A stretch of 60,451 nucleotides of DNA, counting the filler. It is 5 parts of 5 records of this genome, joined end to end, with 100 filler letters (N's around TTAATTAATTAA, not from the genome) between each part and the next. Parts side by side here need not be neighbours in the genome. Positions count along the whole stretch, not along the records: positions 23,366 to 37,176 come from SRR31147125_57519; positions 37,277 to 46,364 come from SRR31147125_57539; 3 more parts are not named here. One strand, given 5' to 3'. Below the pieces are notes generated by a model. It searched no databases and was not told the origin of the DNA. It worked only from the letters and a program-made list of their open reading frames with translations. Numbering within the stretch: the first letter of the stretch is position 1; every line of letters begins with the position of its first letter. Made by a program: the position numbers and the translations under genes. This document shows positions 30,808 to 40,862 of this stretch, in pieces.

Positions 30808-32016
30808 TTAGGGTGCCAGAGGCATGAAAATGTCGTTGATTTGAGCATTGAGCGATACCAGATCATTATCGGTCAGATACTCCCATCCCAGCCACCTCAG
30901 CGGTTTTGACTGCACCTCGGCGGTAACGCTTGAGTGGGGAACCGGGAAACCGGCATTGGCAAGGGTTTGCGCCAGTTCCGCACTCACCAGGTAGTCAAGT
31001 ACCGGTTTCAACGCTTCCTTGCGGGAGGCTTTGACCTGAAGCGTGACCGGGCTTGCCAAGGCCCCGTCTTCGGGCCAAATGACTTTGATCCGCCCTTGAT
31101 TCCGGATGCGTTCGGCAAAAAAGGCAGGCATGACATATAGGGCTTCAGGCCTGTTTTTGTCAATTCGATTGACCATTTGGGCCGGATGGAGTCCCTGGGA
31201 AATATTGGCGGCCAGTGATTTCAATCCCGCTTCTCCGAATTGCTGAAAGATGGGGAGTAGGACGGCATGACAGTAAAATCCGTTTCCACCTCGGATAATC
31301 AGGCTTTTATTCCATTTCGGGTCGAGGATTTCCGCCCAGGAGTTGGGCAATTCCCTATGACCCAGTTGATCGAGGTTGGCAACGACGACCAGAGGATTGA
31401 CGCAAAGGATGGTGTAATCTTCCCTGGGATCCGGGATGCCTGCCGCTGTAAAATTGTCACCCGGATGAAATGTGCCATAGCCGGAAAAACTGCCCGGGGC
31501 CACAAAGCGCTCATGGAAGCGGCGTCCGTAAAAGACGTTGAAATCCGCAGATACAATGATATCCGGCAACTCGTCTTCGGATTCGATGGTCTCGACGTAG
31601 GAGTAGTAGGAGAGTTCCTGATTCAGATTTCCTTCCACTGCCGATTGTATGGACAGGGAATCCCGGGACTGCAATTGGTTTAAAAATTTTGAAAAGGCAC
31701 GGCTGAACGGCATTTTCAGTCCACAGGGCATTAAGCCCAGAAATGTCAGATCTCCTTGCTCTTCCAGAGATGACAAACCGGGAGCGTCAATGGCCGGCGC
31801 TTTTGTTGCGGCGGATTCGAGCAGCTCAATGAATTTCGGGATGTTCATGAATCGATGGCGAAGGGCCGTTCCCAAGGTTAAAAAGGGAGCCAATACTCTC
31901 AACCCCTCTTCACTGATCAGTGCTCCAAGGCCGTTGGTCATAAAAACGCTCTTTGTTTCCGGATAGCGTTGGATGATTTCATATAGTGTCAAGTCTGCGT
32001 GTATGCGAGGTTCCAT
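30808..32016 (-). CDS. DUF1858-like domain + solute-binding-protein fold, no signal peptide
   Basis: TLYEIIQRYPET..VF...G N-domain; LMPCGLK, PDIIVS, P.SW.EIL.P, WPEDGA..SP. Confidence 0.75.
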   Translation of the reverse strand: MEPRIHADLTLYEIIQRYPETKSVFMTNGLGALISEEGLRVLAPFLTLGTALRHRFMNIPKFIELLESAATKAPAIDAPGLSSLEEQGDLTFLGLMPCGLKMPFSRAFSKFLNQLQSRDSLSIQSAVEGNLNQELSYYSYVETIESEDELPDIIVSADFNVFYGRRFHERFVAPGSFSGYGTFHPGDNFTAAGIPDPREDYTILCVNPLVVVANLDQLGHRELPNSWAEILDPKWNKSLIIRGGNGFYCHAVLLPIFQQFGEAGLKSLAANISQGLHPAQMVNRIDKNRPEALYVMPAFFAERIRNQGRIKVIWPEDGALASPVTLQVKASRKEALKPVLDYLVSAELAQTLANAGFPVPHSSVTAEVQSKPLRWLGWEYLTDNDLVSLNAQINDIFMPLAP

Positions 32017-32088
32017 TTGCCCATCTCCTAATTCTATGGCGGTTTTCAGTTTGCTGCTGTTTCAGACTCATTTGATGATGTGAGATAT

Positions 32089-32104
32089 AGCAATTAAGAC
32101 GCCA
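32089..32104 (-). promoter_or_regulatory. Sigma54 promoter of the triad operon
   Basis: TGGCGT-CTTAA-TTGCT. Confidence 0.6.
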
Positions 32105-32251
32105 GAGCGAACAAAAATTGATCCAAGCATTGAGCTGAATGGGGAAAAAGCACTTGAATCATACGGTTTTTCAATTTTTCTTATATGTAAATCACAAAGA
32201 AGAGGGAAAATGATGAAAATAAATTAATTACAAATATGGGATGTGATCGGG

Positions 32252-34936
32252 CTATAGTTGCATATATGTATTGTGGTTGATCTGTTTTTTTTCAAGGGCA
32301 CGACGAATGGATACGGCTAGTTCATCCGTGAGGATGGGCTTGTCGATCATGGTGGCAATGCCGATCTCCCTGGATTGTTTATAAGAGACGGAATCGTGAA
32401 ATCCGGAAAGCAGGATGATGGGAGTATCCGGGCGTATTGCAAGAATTTTTTCCGATAATTGGATACCTGACATACCCGGCATGTTTTTATCCGTTACTAT
32501 AATGTCATACTGTTCCGGATTGGATTTAAACGCTGCCCACGCTTTGGTACTGTCTGAAAAACCGATGACCGTATACCCCAATTCCTCAAGTCTTTGTTGG
32601 CCGATTTCCACCAAATCGGATTCATCATCCACAAATAAGATGGTTTCAATACCGGTTGGAAGTTTTGATTCCGAAACTGATTCGTTTGACTCATTGGCAG
32701 TAATGACCGGCAGGAAAACGTTGAATGTGCTCCCTTTTTTCGGTTCACTGTAAACCTTGATGGCACCCCCATTATTTTTGACGATTCCATGAACCACTGA
32801 TAGCCCGAGTCCGGTGCCTTCCCCTTGCATTTTTGTTGTAAAAAACGGGTCAAAGATTTGATTCATATTTTCATCGGAAATACCGCAACCGGTGTCACTG
32901 ACTTTTAACAGAATATATTTGGCCGGTGCCAGATCAGGCAAAAAAACAAGGGAATTCTCATCCAACTGAACCTCTTCCACGCTGACGGACAACGTGCCGC
33001 CTTCCCCATGCATGGCATGGAATGCATTTGTGCACAGGTTCATTAAAACCTGATGAATTTGAGTGGGATCCGCTTGAACCATTCCGGTACTGTCTGAGAA
33101 TGAGGTTTTGATATCTATTTCGGGAGGGAGGGTTGCCCTTAAAAATTTTATGACTTCCTTTACCATCGGTTCTAATTTCAGAGGCGTTTTCTTATTTTCG
33201 CTTTTTCGACTGAACAGTAAAATCTGTTGGACCAGGCTTTTAGCCCGCTCACTTGCACGAAGAATTTGGGAGAGGTAATGTTCAAATTTGACATTATTTC
33301 CGGTACTTAACCGAGCCAAGTCAGCAAAACCGATGATGGCGCCGAGAATATTATTGAAGTCGTGGGCAATTCCACCGGCAAGAGTCCCGATGGCATCCAT
33401 TTTTTGAGACTGCTGTAGGGCGGTCTGTACTCTCTTTTTTTCGGTCAAATCGCGAACAAAAGCAAATAGGTGGGCTTCTTGGTTGGTATGAAATTGACTG
33501 CTGACTTCTACATTCAAAATAGTGCCGTTTCTGCAACGATATCGAGTTTCAAAACGCACCTGTTCTTTTTGTACAATTTCCGAGAGGCGATTTTGTATCT
33601 GATCGATGTCCTCATTTACTTCAATATCCGAAATGTCCATGGTCAACAGTTCATTCTCGTCATACCCGGTCATCCGACAAAAAGCAGGGTTGACATCAAT
33701 GAAATTTCCGGCAAGATCGGTCATGAAAAAACCGTTGATGGCCGCTTTCAGGATTGAGCGATGGCGCGTTTCACTTTTTATTAAGTTGTCTTCGGTTCTT
33801 TTTCTTCGGATCAAGTTCACCACAAGAAAGAAAATCAATAGGATTTGAAGAAAAAATAGGCTGGCGAACAACAGGATTTTATTACGGTGCTCCTCAAAGA
33901 ACGTATGTTTTTTATATCGAATATCGCTTCCCTTGGGCAGCATGGTTTCCTTGATATTCCACCGTTGCAGTTGTCGCCAATCAAATATGGGAGTTCCTGA
34001 CGTTTCAATACGTCTACCGGAAGCTTTTAGTGGATTTTCCAATAGTGCGGCTGCCAGTTTCACGGCCTCACTACTAATTGAGAGGGCTTTTATCAATCTG
34101 CCGCCTAGCGTGCCATAACCGATATGAGGTTCATAAAGGCTGAAAATCGGTGCGTTGGCCTTCTCGGAAACTTCATTGATGACGCGGACGGGGACGTATT
34201 TTTTGCCTGATATATCTGCAAAAAAGACGAGATGAAAAATGATTGAATTGTCAGGTAAATTTGCAACAGTTTGAAGGATTGTGTCATAGCTCAGATGAGA
34301 GAGAAAGTGAAAACGGATGTGATCATTATAACGATTGCGGACCCGTCGTAATTTATCTTCAGATATTCGACTCCCTTTTGTCTGTCCACCGATGACGAAA
34401 ACATGTTGGGTTTTAGGAAATAGATCTAACGCCAATTTCAAAGTGCCTTCATGATCGACTTCGTTTGTCACTACTGCAGATCGTTCCGGAATCGAATTTT
34501 TTAATAAATTGTACGTGGTTTTTGCTATGGAAAAAACAACAGGAATATCCTTGAAAACATCTGATTGCAATTCAATGCAGAAATAAGCGGACAAGGTGTC
34601 AAAACAAACAAGGACGTCCGGTGGATTGTCAAGATACTTGAGCCGGATCAGTTCCATCATTTTTATTCTGTATGTGGGGGTCAGTTCCTTGGCAAGATCT
34701 AGGTATTCAATATTCAACGAAAATTTGAAATTTTCAAACTGTTTGACGGCCTCACGGATATTTTGAGTCGTGGTCTTTACCCAAGGCAACTCACTGTCAT
34801 AGGATTGGAGGACCAGCATTTTTTTTCTGTTTTGAGTCGTGGGATCCGATGCATTTGAGTGGGGCGTGAACAGAAATAATGTTGTAATAATCCCAAAAAC
34901 AAGGGGGAGAAAACGCATTTCATTTAATTTGGACAT
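32252..34936 (-). CDS. Hybrid sensor kinase (periplasmic SBP-like domain, PAS, HisKA, HATPase, REC)
   Basis: AGGIAHDFNN, NLCTNA, FFTTK..GEGTGLGL, FVDDE, TDKNMP. Confidence 0.92.
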   Translation of the reverse strand: MSKLNEMRFLPLVFGIITTLFLFTPHSNASDPTTQNRKKMLVLQSYDSELPWVKTTTQNIREAVKQFENFKFSLNIEYLDLAKELTPTYRIKMMELIRLKYLDNPPDVLVCFDTLSAYFCIELQSDVFKDIPVVFSIAKTTYNLLKNSIPERSAVVTNEVDHEGTLKLALDLFPKTQHVFVIGGQTKGSRISEDKLRRVRNRYNDHIRFHFLSHLSYDTILQTVANLPDNSIIFHLVFFADISGKKYVPVRVINEVSEKANAPIFSLYEPHIGYGTLGGRLIKALSISSEAVKLAAALLENPLKASGRRIETSGTPIFDWRQLQRWNIKETMLPKGSDIRYKKHTFFEEHRNKILLFASLFFLQILLIFFLVVNLIRRKRTEDNLIKSETRHRSILKAAINGFFMTDLAGNFIDVNPAFCRMTGYDENELLTMDISDIEVNEDIDQIQNRLSEIVQKEQVRFETRYRCRNGTILNVEVSSQFHTNQEAHLFAFVRDLTEKKRVQTALQQSQKMDAIGTLAGGIAHDFNNILGAIIGFADLARLSTGNNVKFEHYLSQILRASERAKSLVQQILLFSRKSENKKTPLKLEPMVKEVIKFLRATLPPEIDIKTSFSDSTGMVQADPTQIHQVLMNLCTNAFHAMHGEGGTLSVSVEEVQLDENSLVFLPDLAPAKYILLKVSDTGCGISDENMNQIFDPFFTTKMQGEGTGLGLSVVHGIVKNNGGAIKVYSEPKKGSTFNVFLPVITANESNESVSESKLPTGIETILFVDDESDLVEIGQQRLEELGYTVIGFSDSTKAWAAFKSNPEQYDIIVTDKNMPGMSGIQLSEKILAIRPDTPIILLSGFHDSVSYKQSREIGIATMIDKPILTDELAVSIRRALEKKQINHNTYMQL

Positions 34937-35407
34937 AAATGTTATATCTTAATCTCAAGTTGTGAATTTCACAGGCAAGTGCCCATATCAGATCAGGAAA
35001 AATCTCTGACCTAATCTTCGGCATATTTTTTAATATACTACAATAAAATGCTATCTTTCGGCAATTTGTATTTTGAGTCATCAGCTATTTTGGGGATCAT
35101 AAAGGTTGCAAGCCTACCAGTCATAGGCGTCTTACCATCATTGATTCCATAAGTTGGCCAAATATCGAGTCCCTGTATTGGATGGCACTCAAGATGACAA
35201 TAAACGGCATCGATTTTACTGAAAAAAGTCATTTGAGACAAATATGAAGATGATTTCTCTGTAAATAGTGGAAAACTAAAATGCGTTGGTTTATTTGTTA
35301 TCAAAGAAAGAAACTGTAATTATGATACTCATATGAGTCATTCTCAACTGAATAATGTCTTTAATGAATCTGTAAAATGGAGAAAAAATTGATCTCAATT
35401 TTTTTCC

Positions 35408-35423
35408 CGGCACCTATTTTGCT
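35408..35423 (+). promoter_or_regulatory. Sigma54 promoter
   Basis: CGGCAC-CTATT-TTGCT. Confidence 0.55.
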
Positions 35424-35567
35424 ATATTTGAAATTTGTTTTTTGCATGGCCGAGATATCTCTAATTTCGGATAGTCACTTCAGATAATTAGGGATGGAAA
35501 ATGGAAAGGGCGACTTGCGGATTCGTAACCGCAAAAACATTGAAGGGAAATACAAGGGGAAAAAATC

Positions 35568-37176
35568 ATGAGCACTCTTACTGGCAGCATCCGGATTCAA
35601 TCGCGGCAATTATTTACAGAAGATCATGATACACCAATCTGTCGACATCTTGATAGGACAGGAAAAACGTTGAGGCTGGCGACGATGACGATGATGGTAA
35701 CATGTTTGCTGCTGTTCAACATTGCAAATAGTTACGCCGATCTTTCCGTACACGCGGTCACCTGTTCACTGGAGGATATTAAAGCGGCGGTGGACGAGGT
35801 GTATGACGGAGGGGGCGGAACCGTTTATGTACCTGCCGGGCAGAGCACTCACACGGATGTGCTCAAAATGCCGGACGGCGTCAGTCTAATCGGAGCCGGT
35901 GACGGCCAGACAATCATTACAAATGCCCGTATCAGGATTCTCCCCATCTATTACGGAGATCTTGATAAACCCTTTCGGGTGAGCGGGTTGAGTCTGCCGG
36001 GAGACAGCAGTATCCAGGTCCGGGGGTTGAAAATTTCAGGATCGATCATGTGACCATTTGTAATGGGAAAGGCGGAACCATCATCTCCGTGATGGAATCT
36101 CAATCCGGGGTGATCGATCATTGCAATGTCCTTGGCGTCAACGCGACTTACGGCATTGCCGTCACCATGGGGTATGACGTGCTGGTGGAAGATTGGGTGG
36201 AGGATGCCACAAAGATGATGGGTTCCGCCTCAGCCATTTTTATTGAAGACAACAGCATTGACGGTTGCGGCCACGGTATTGTCGGCCACGGACATGCCCA
36301 TTATGTGGCACGTTACAATCTGTTTACCGGTCATAGGGGACACGCCCTTGACGCCCATGGCAACGGCTATGGTCCACCCTGCGGTACCCGACTTGTGGAG
36401 GTGTATAACAATACCTTTCGGGATCCGGAGTACGCCTGGAAAGCGCTCGGTATACGGGGCGGATCGGCGGTTGTTTTCAATAACGTCATCGATTCCTATG
36501 ACAATGGTGTCGGCCTCCATCTGGAACCACACTCTCCGGAGCATTTGAACATGGCGCCCCATGACATTTGGATATGGGACAACACGTTCATCGATCTCGG
36601 CGGTAATGGCGAGGATGGGGATTCTTGTTCCAGAGGGGATTACCTTGACGGCAATCCCCACTGTAACGAGGTGTTCGTATGGGATATCTCCGAAACGGGA
36701 GATGTACACGCCCAGGATGTCATTCAGGAAGATCGAGACTTTTTTTTGCGTGCGCCGACCCTTGAAGAGGATGGTTTCGAATATGAACCGTATACATACC
36801 CCCATCCATTGACGACCCTGGAGATCCCAATGCCGTCAACGGATACCGAAGCCCCCGACATCCCGATGAATGTCACTGCAGAAGTGGTGGCTTGCAACCA
36901 AATCGAGCTGTCCTGGGATGCGTCCACGGACAATGTGGGGGTTGATGAGTATGACGTTCGCCGAAACGGGGAGATCGTTGCCGGCGTGACAGGAACGAGC
37001 TACATGGACCAGGGACTTGCCCAGGAGAGTTCATTTACATACACTGTGGAAGCCCGAGATGCAGCAGGGAATCGATCCGGTGAAAGTGTCGCCGTCTTTG
37101 CCGACACCATGACCTGCACCGTCGATACGGCACTGGTTTCATTTGACATCGTCGATTCCACGGGAGAGTTCGGTGA
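35568..37176 (+). CDS. Secreted right-handed beta-helix protein with fibronectin type III domain (frameshift ~36025, runs into gap)
   Basis: Signal-like segment, GGTVYVPAG, GVSLIGAG, xxNN beta-helix repeats, YTYPHPL, LSWDASTDNVGV..Y...RDAAGN.S. Confidence 0.72.
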
Positions 37177-37276
37177 NNNNNNNNNNNNNNNNNNNNNNNN
37201 NNNNNNNNNNNNNNNNNNNNTTAATTAATTAANNNNNNNNNNNNNNNNNNNNNNNNNNNNNNNNNNNNNNNNNNNN
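37177..37276. other. Artificial contig spacer
   Basis: N-run with TTAATTAATTAA linker. Confidence 0.97.
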
Positions 37277-37818
37277 TCCAGGGCGCCGAACGGCTCGTCC
37301 ATGAGCAGCAATCTGGGTTTGAGGATCAACACCCTCGCCAGGGCCACGCGCTGTTTCATACCGCCGGAGAGCTGACCCGGCAAGTAGTTGCGAAAGGGAA
37401 CCAACCCCACCATCTCCAGGTAGCGGTCCACTTCGATCGCCAGCGCTTTTCGAGTCAGGCGGCCTTTGAGGCCGAAGGCGATGTTCTCGGCCGCAGTGAG
37501 CCACGGAAAGAGGGCATCCTCCTGGAAGACCACACAGCGGTCGGCACCAGGTTTGGCGACCGGCCGCCCCTCGACCAGCACCCTGCCGCTGCTCGGGGCG
37601 ATAAATCCGGCGATGATCTTGAGCAGTGTGGTCTTGCCGCATCCGCTGGGCCCCAGCAGGCAGACCAACTCCCCGGTGGTCACATCGAAGTTGAGACCGC
37701 TGAGCACCTCGCCGGCAGAGCCTTCCATGGCAAAAAAACGGCACAGGTTAATGGCCTGAAGGGCCGGCCCGGCCTCTTCGGCAACCGGCTTGGCGACAAG
37801 CTTCAATCTCTGGTTCAT
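37277..37818 (-). CDS. NitT/TauT family ABC ATP-binding protein (truncated by gap)
   Basis: GPSGCGKT, FQE.ALFPW, LSGGMKQR, MDEPFGAL. Confidence 0.92.
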
Positions 37819-38597
37819 GGCACTCTCCGCGCACTTTTAAAACAGAGCTTCAGACCGGTTTTAAGCGCATCGTCGCTCAAACGCCCCAGCAATGCAATCG
37901 CTACGATGCCCACGATGATCATATCGATGCGCCCCAGCATGCGGGCGTCCATGATGATGGCCCCCAACCCGTCAGGTACACCGGTCAACTCACCCAGCAC
38001 CAGATAGGCCCAGGCGATGCCCAGGCCCAGCCTCAGACCGGTCACGATGCTCGGCATGGCGGCCGGCAGGAGAATGGCGAATATGCCCCGAAAACGCCCG
38101 ACCCCCATCATCGCACCGGATTGGTAAAGGATCGGGTCGACCTGCCTGGCGCCGCTGGCGGCGTTCAGGTAGATCGGGAAAAAGGCGGCCAGGGCCACCA
38201 GGAAAACCGTAGTGCGCAGCCCGATGCCGAACCAGACCAGGCCGAGCGGCAGCCAGCAGATGCCTGGCACGGCGCGTACCGCATTGATGGTGGCACTCAT
38301 CAACTTCTGAAAAATGGCCAGGCGCCCGGACAATAAGCCCATCGGCAGGCCGAAGAGCACGGCCAGGCCGAACCCCAGAAACACCCTCAGCAGGCTGGCC
38401 TGCAAATCGTTCCAAAAGCGCCCGGCGTAAGGCACGGTCCCGATCTCTCCCAGCATGTAGTGATAAGCGGCATGCAGCACTCTGCCCGGACCGGGCAGCA
38501 GATAAGCCGGTACCATCTTCGTCTCGCTGACCAGCGCCCAGATCAGCAGCAGAGCGGCCGGCACAATCCAGGGCAACAGGCGGTCGAGTCGCGGCAT
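37815..38597 (-). CDS. NitT/TauT family ABC permease
   Basis: SLLRV..GF, P...W.PL...WFG, LPAAMP.I..GLR. Confidence 0.92.
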   Translation of the reverse strand: MPRLDRLLPWIVPAALLLIWALVSETKMVPAYLLPGPGRVLHAAYHYMLGEIGTVPYAGRFWNDLQASLLRVFLGFGLAVLFGLPMGLLSGRLAIFQKLMSATINAVRAVPGICWLPLGLVWFGIGLRTTVFLVALAAFFPIYLNAASGARQVDPILYQSGAMMGVGRFRGIFAILLPAAMPSIVTGLRLGLGIAWAYLVLGELTGVPDGLGAIIMDARMLGRIDMIIVGIVAIALLGRLSDDALKTGLKLCFKSARRVP

Positions 38598-38606
38598 CGA
38601 TTTATC

Positions 38607-39545
38607 CTATCGCTTTTCGGTTTTTATTTTTTTAACGAACTTCAGATCGAAGAGCTGATCGTAGTCGGGTTGCCGATCGATCACCTTGAGCGCCTGCATC
38701 CGCGCCCCCAGCGCCTTGACCTTGGCAATGAACGCCTCGTCCATCTCCCAGGCCAACTCCATATTGGGCGCAGCCGCTTTCAAGACGTCCCTGTCGGTTC
38801 CGAAGGTGGCCGCCCGATCCAGCCACGCCTCCTTGTGCCCGTTCAAATATTCGGTGGCCCGGGCATGCGCCCTGACCATCTGCAGCACCAGTTCAGGATT
38901 CTTTTCGATGGTTTGGCGGGTTACGAGCATTCCGGCGTTGATGGCGCCAACCGTGTCGTCGTAGTAGGGGTAATCGAGGATGCGTCCATACCCTTCACGA
39001 ACTGCCAGAGTGGGAAAGGGCTCTCCCGACAGAAACGCATCGATGCTGCCACGGGCGAGAGCAAGCCCCATGTCGAAAAAATCGACGCGAATCAGCTGCA
39101 CGTCCCTGGCCGGGTCGATCCGGTTACGGGTCAACGCTTCCCTCAGCAAAATCTCATGCATGGTACCAGGGACATACCCTATTTTTTTTCCTTTCAGGTC
39201 GGCAATGGTACGGATGGCGCTCTCTTTTTGTACCACCAGGGCCGAACATTTGTTGCAGAGGGCAGCCACGACCACCACGGGTTGGCCCTGCACCGCCGAG
39301 TGGATGGCGTGGGCCAGGGTAGTGCCGCACATCTCCAGGCTTCCGGCCAGAAGGGCGGTTTTCTGGTCTGCGGGATTTGTGAAGGCGAACACCTCCACCG
39401 CCATCCGATCCCCGGCAATCTGTTGGTAGAAGAAAGGCTGGATGGTCTGGGCCGTCTTCCATGTCCCCACCTTGATCGCAGTGTCGGCGGAAGCCAGACC
39501 CGCCGCCAGTAGTATCGTCAACGCGCAGAACAGATATCGTCTCAT
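38607..39545 (-). CDS. SsuA/THI5-like ABC substrate-binding protein
   Basis: Signal peptide, DLKGKKIG, G.IDA...EP. Confidence 0.88.
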   Translation of the reverse strand: MRRYLFCALTILLAAGLASADTAIKVGTWKTAQTIQPFFYQQIAGDRMAVEVFAFTNPADQKTALLAGSLEMCGTTLAHAIHSAVQGQPVVVVAALCNKCSALVVQKESAIRTIADLKGKKIGYVPGTMHEILLREALTRNRIDPARDVQLIRVDFFDMGLALARGSIDAFLSGEPFPTLAVREGYGRILDYPYYDDTVGAINAGMLVTRQTIEKNPELVLQMVRAHARATEYLNGHKEAWLDRAATFGTDRDVLKAAAPNMELAWEMDEAFIAKVKALGARMQALKVIDRQPDYDQLFDLKFVKKIKTEKR

Positions 39546-39568
39546 CGTTTGGACCTTTACTCTTCAGA

Positions 39569-40567
39569 TTAAAAGCAGTTGGAGGGTAACAACGGGTCCA
39601 GTTCCATCTCCCGATGCAATTGATGACAGCGGGCAAAACCCTGCCCACGGCCTTTGCCGGTATCGGCCTGACCGTCCCTGGGGCTTGAGCCCACCTCCGG
39701 GAAAAATAGATTGGCGCCGGCCATTAAGGAAGCGCTGTGGGGTTCGTGGGTACAATGCGCCTGGGGCACATCTCCCATAACCAGCCTGGACACGGCCACC
39801 ATCCTGGCCATCTCCAACTCGCTGATCATGCCGTGCTCCTCCATGGGTGACCCCGGAAAATTAATCCGCCGCATAATACCGCTGTATGTCGCTCCATGAG
39901 TTCGGGCCAGCAACATCAACTCCACAATCTCCTCATGGCTGTGTTCGGGCCCCACCGGTTCGACGCAATTCATCCACTTCAGGCCGACATCCTTGAAAAC
40001 CTTGATGGTGTCGATGCGCTTCTCCGGGTTGAGCGGCGTATCCCGCCCCTCCCCGAGTCGTACCGAGTGGTAGGCGCCCACAAAACCGGCATCCAGCAGG
40101 GCCTCACCCTCCTGGTGGTTGATATCTCGTGTGTTAGCCACCAGACGGGTGGATACGTTGCGGCCCAACATGCGGCCGATTTCGAGAAACCGCTTGAACG
40201 AATAGTTGCCGGTCGTCATCAGGTTGATGGCGTCGGCCCCGTTCGCTTCCGCCTCTTTGGCCCACGCCAGGATCTGCTCTTCGTCGAACTCATGGGACTC
40301 CTTGAAGATGCCGGCTTTGATGGTCAATGAGCAGAACCGGCAATTGATCGGGCATGGGGCGACATTGACACCGATGTGAAAATGGTTCTCCCCTTTATGG
40401 CCGAACCGCTCCCGCGACATCTCGTTGGCGGTCTGCATCAAGGCATAGGTCTCTTTACAGTGCAGGGGAAGCGCCAGCAGCGCCAGCGCCTCTTCACGCA
40501 GCAGCCCTTCAAAGGCCGCCCCCTTTTTCAATATCTCGTCTATTTTAGATTGAAGCTGCCAGCCCAT
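39569..40567 (-). CDS. Radical SAM enzyme, BioB/PylB/HydE-like, function unknown
   Basis: CPINCRFC (CxxxCxxC); YHSVRLGEG; CVEP.GPEH; CTHEP; AGAN..F.E.G..PRD. Confidence 0.8.
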   Translation of the reverse strand: MGWQLQSKIDEILKKGAAFEGLLREEALALLALPLHCKETYALMQTANEMSRERFGHKGENHFHIGVNVAPCPINCRFCSLTIKAGIFKESHEFDEEQILAWAKEAEANGADAINLMTTGNYSFKRFLEIGRMLGRNVSTRLVANTRDINHQEGEALLDAGFVGAYHSVRLGEGRDTPLNPEKRIDTIKVFKDVGLKWMNCVEPVGPEHSHEEIVELMLLARTHGATYSGIMRRINFPGSPMEEHGMISELEMARMVAVSRLVMGDVPQAHCTHEPHSASLMAGANLFFPEVGSSPRDGQADTGKGRGQGFARCHQLHREMELDPLLPSNCF

Positions 40568-40862
40568 ACTACCTCTCTTCCGTTAATCGTTTTTAGCGTT
40601 GGTCGTGAAGCCCTTGAAATCATTACACCCCTGGGATAGGAACCGGACAGTCAGGAGATCGGCGCCGACTGGCGATTGAATTAACTGTTTATCAAAATAG
40701 CGCCGCTTTTAAAACTGTTTCGATTTTTGCCGTTCGTTTAAGAGCTGACACCAGGCAATCACCACAAATATTTCCGGTTGCTTTAAGCCCGTTTGCGGCC
40801 AATAGTGTTGCTGACGTATCAACCCTGAAACGTTCACTGGCAATTATCTATCTGGAGGCGAT

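Noticed and set aside
35038-35304. 88-aa ORF in an AT-rich intergenic region
   Set aside because: No RBS or motif; probably non-coding.
40568-40740. Possible riboswitch or BirA operator upstream of the radical SAM gene
   Set aside because: Only a short hairpin (CAGTCGG...CTGACTG) and a duplicated AAACAGTT are visible, with no consensus I can recognise; needs an Rfam scan.
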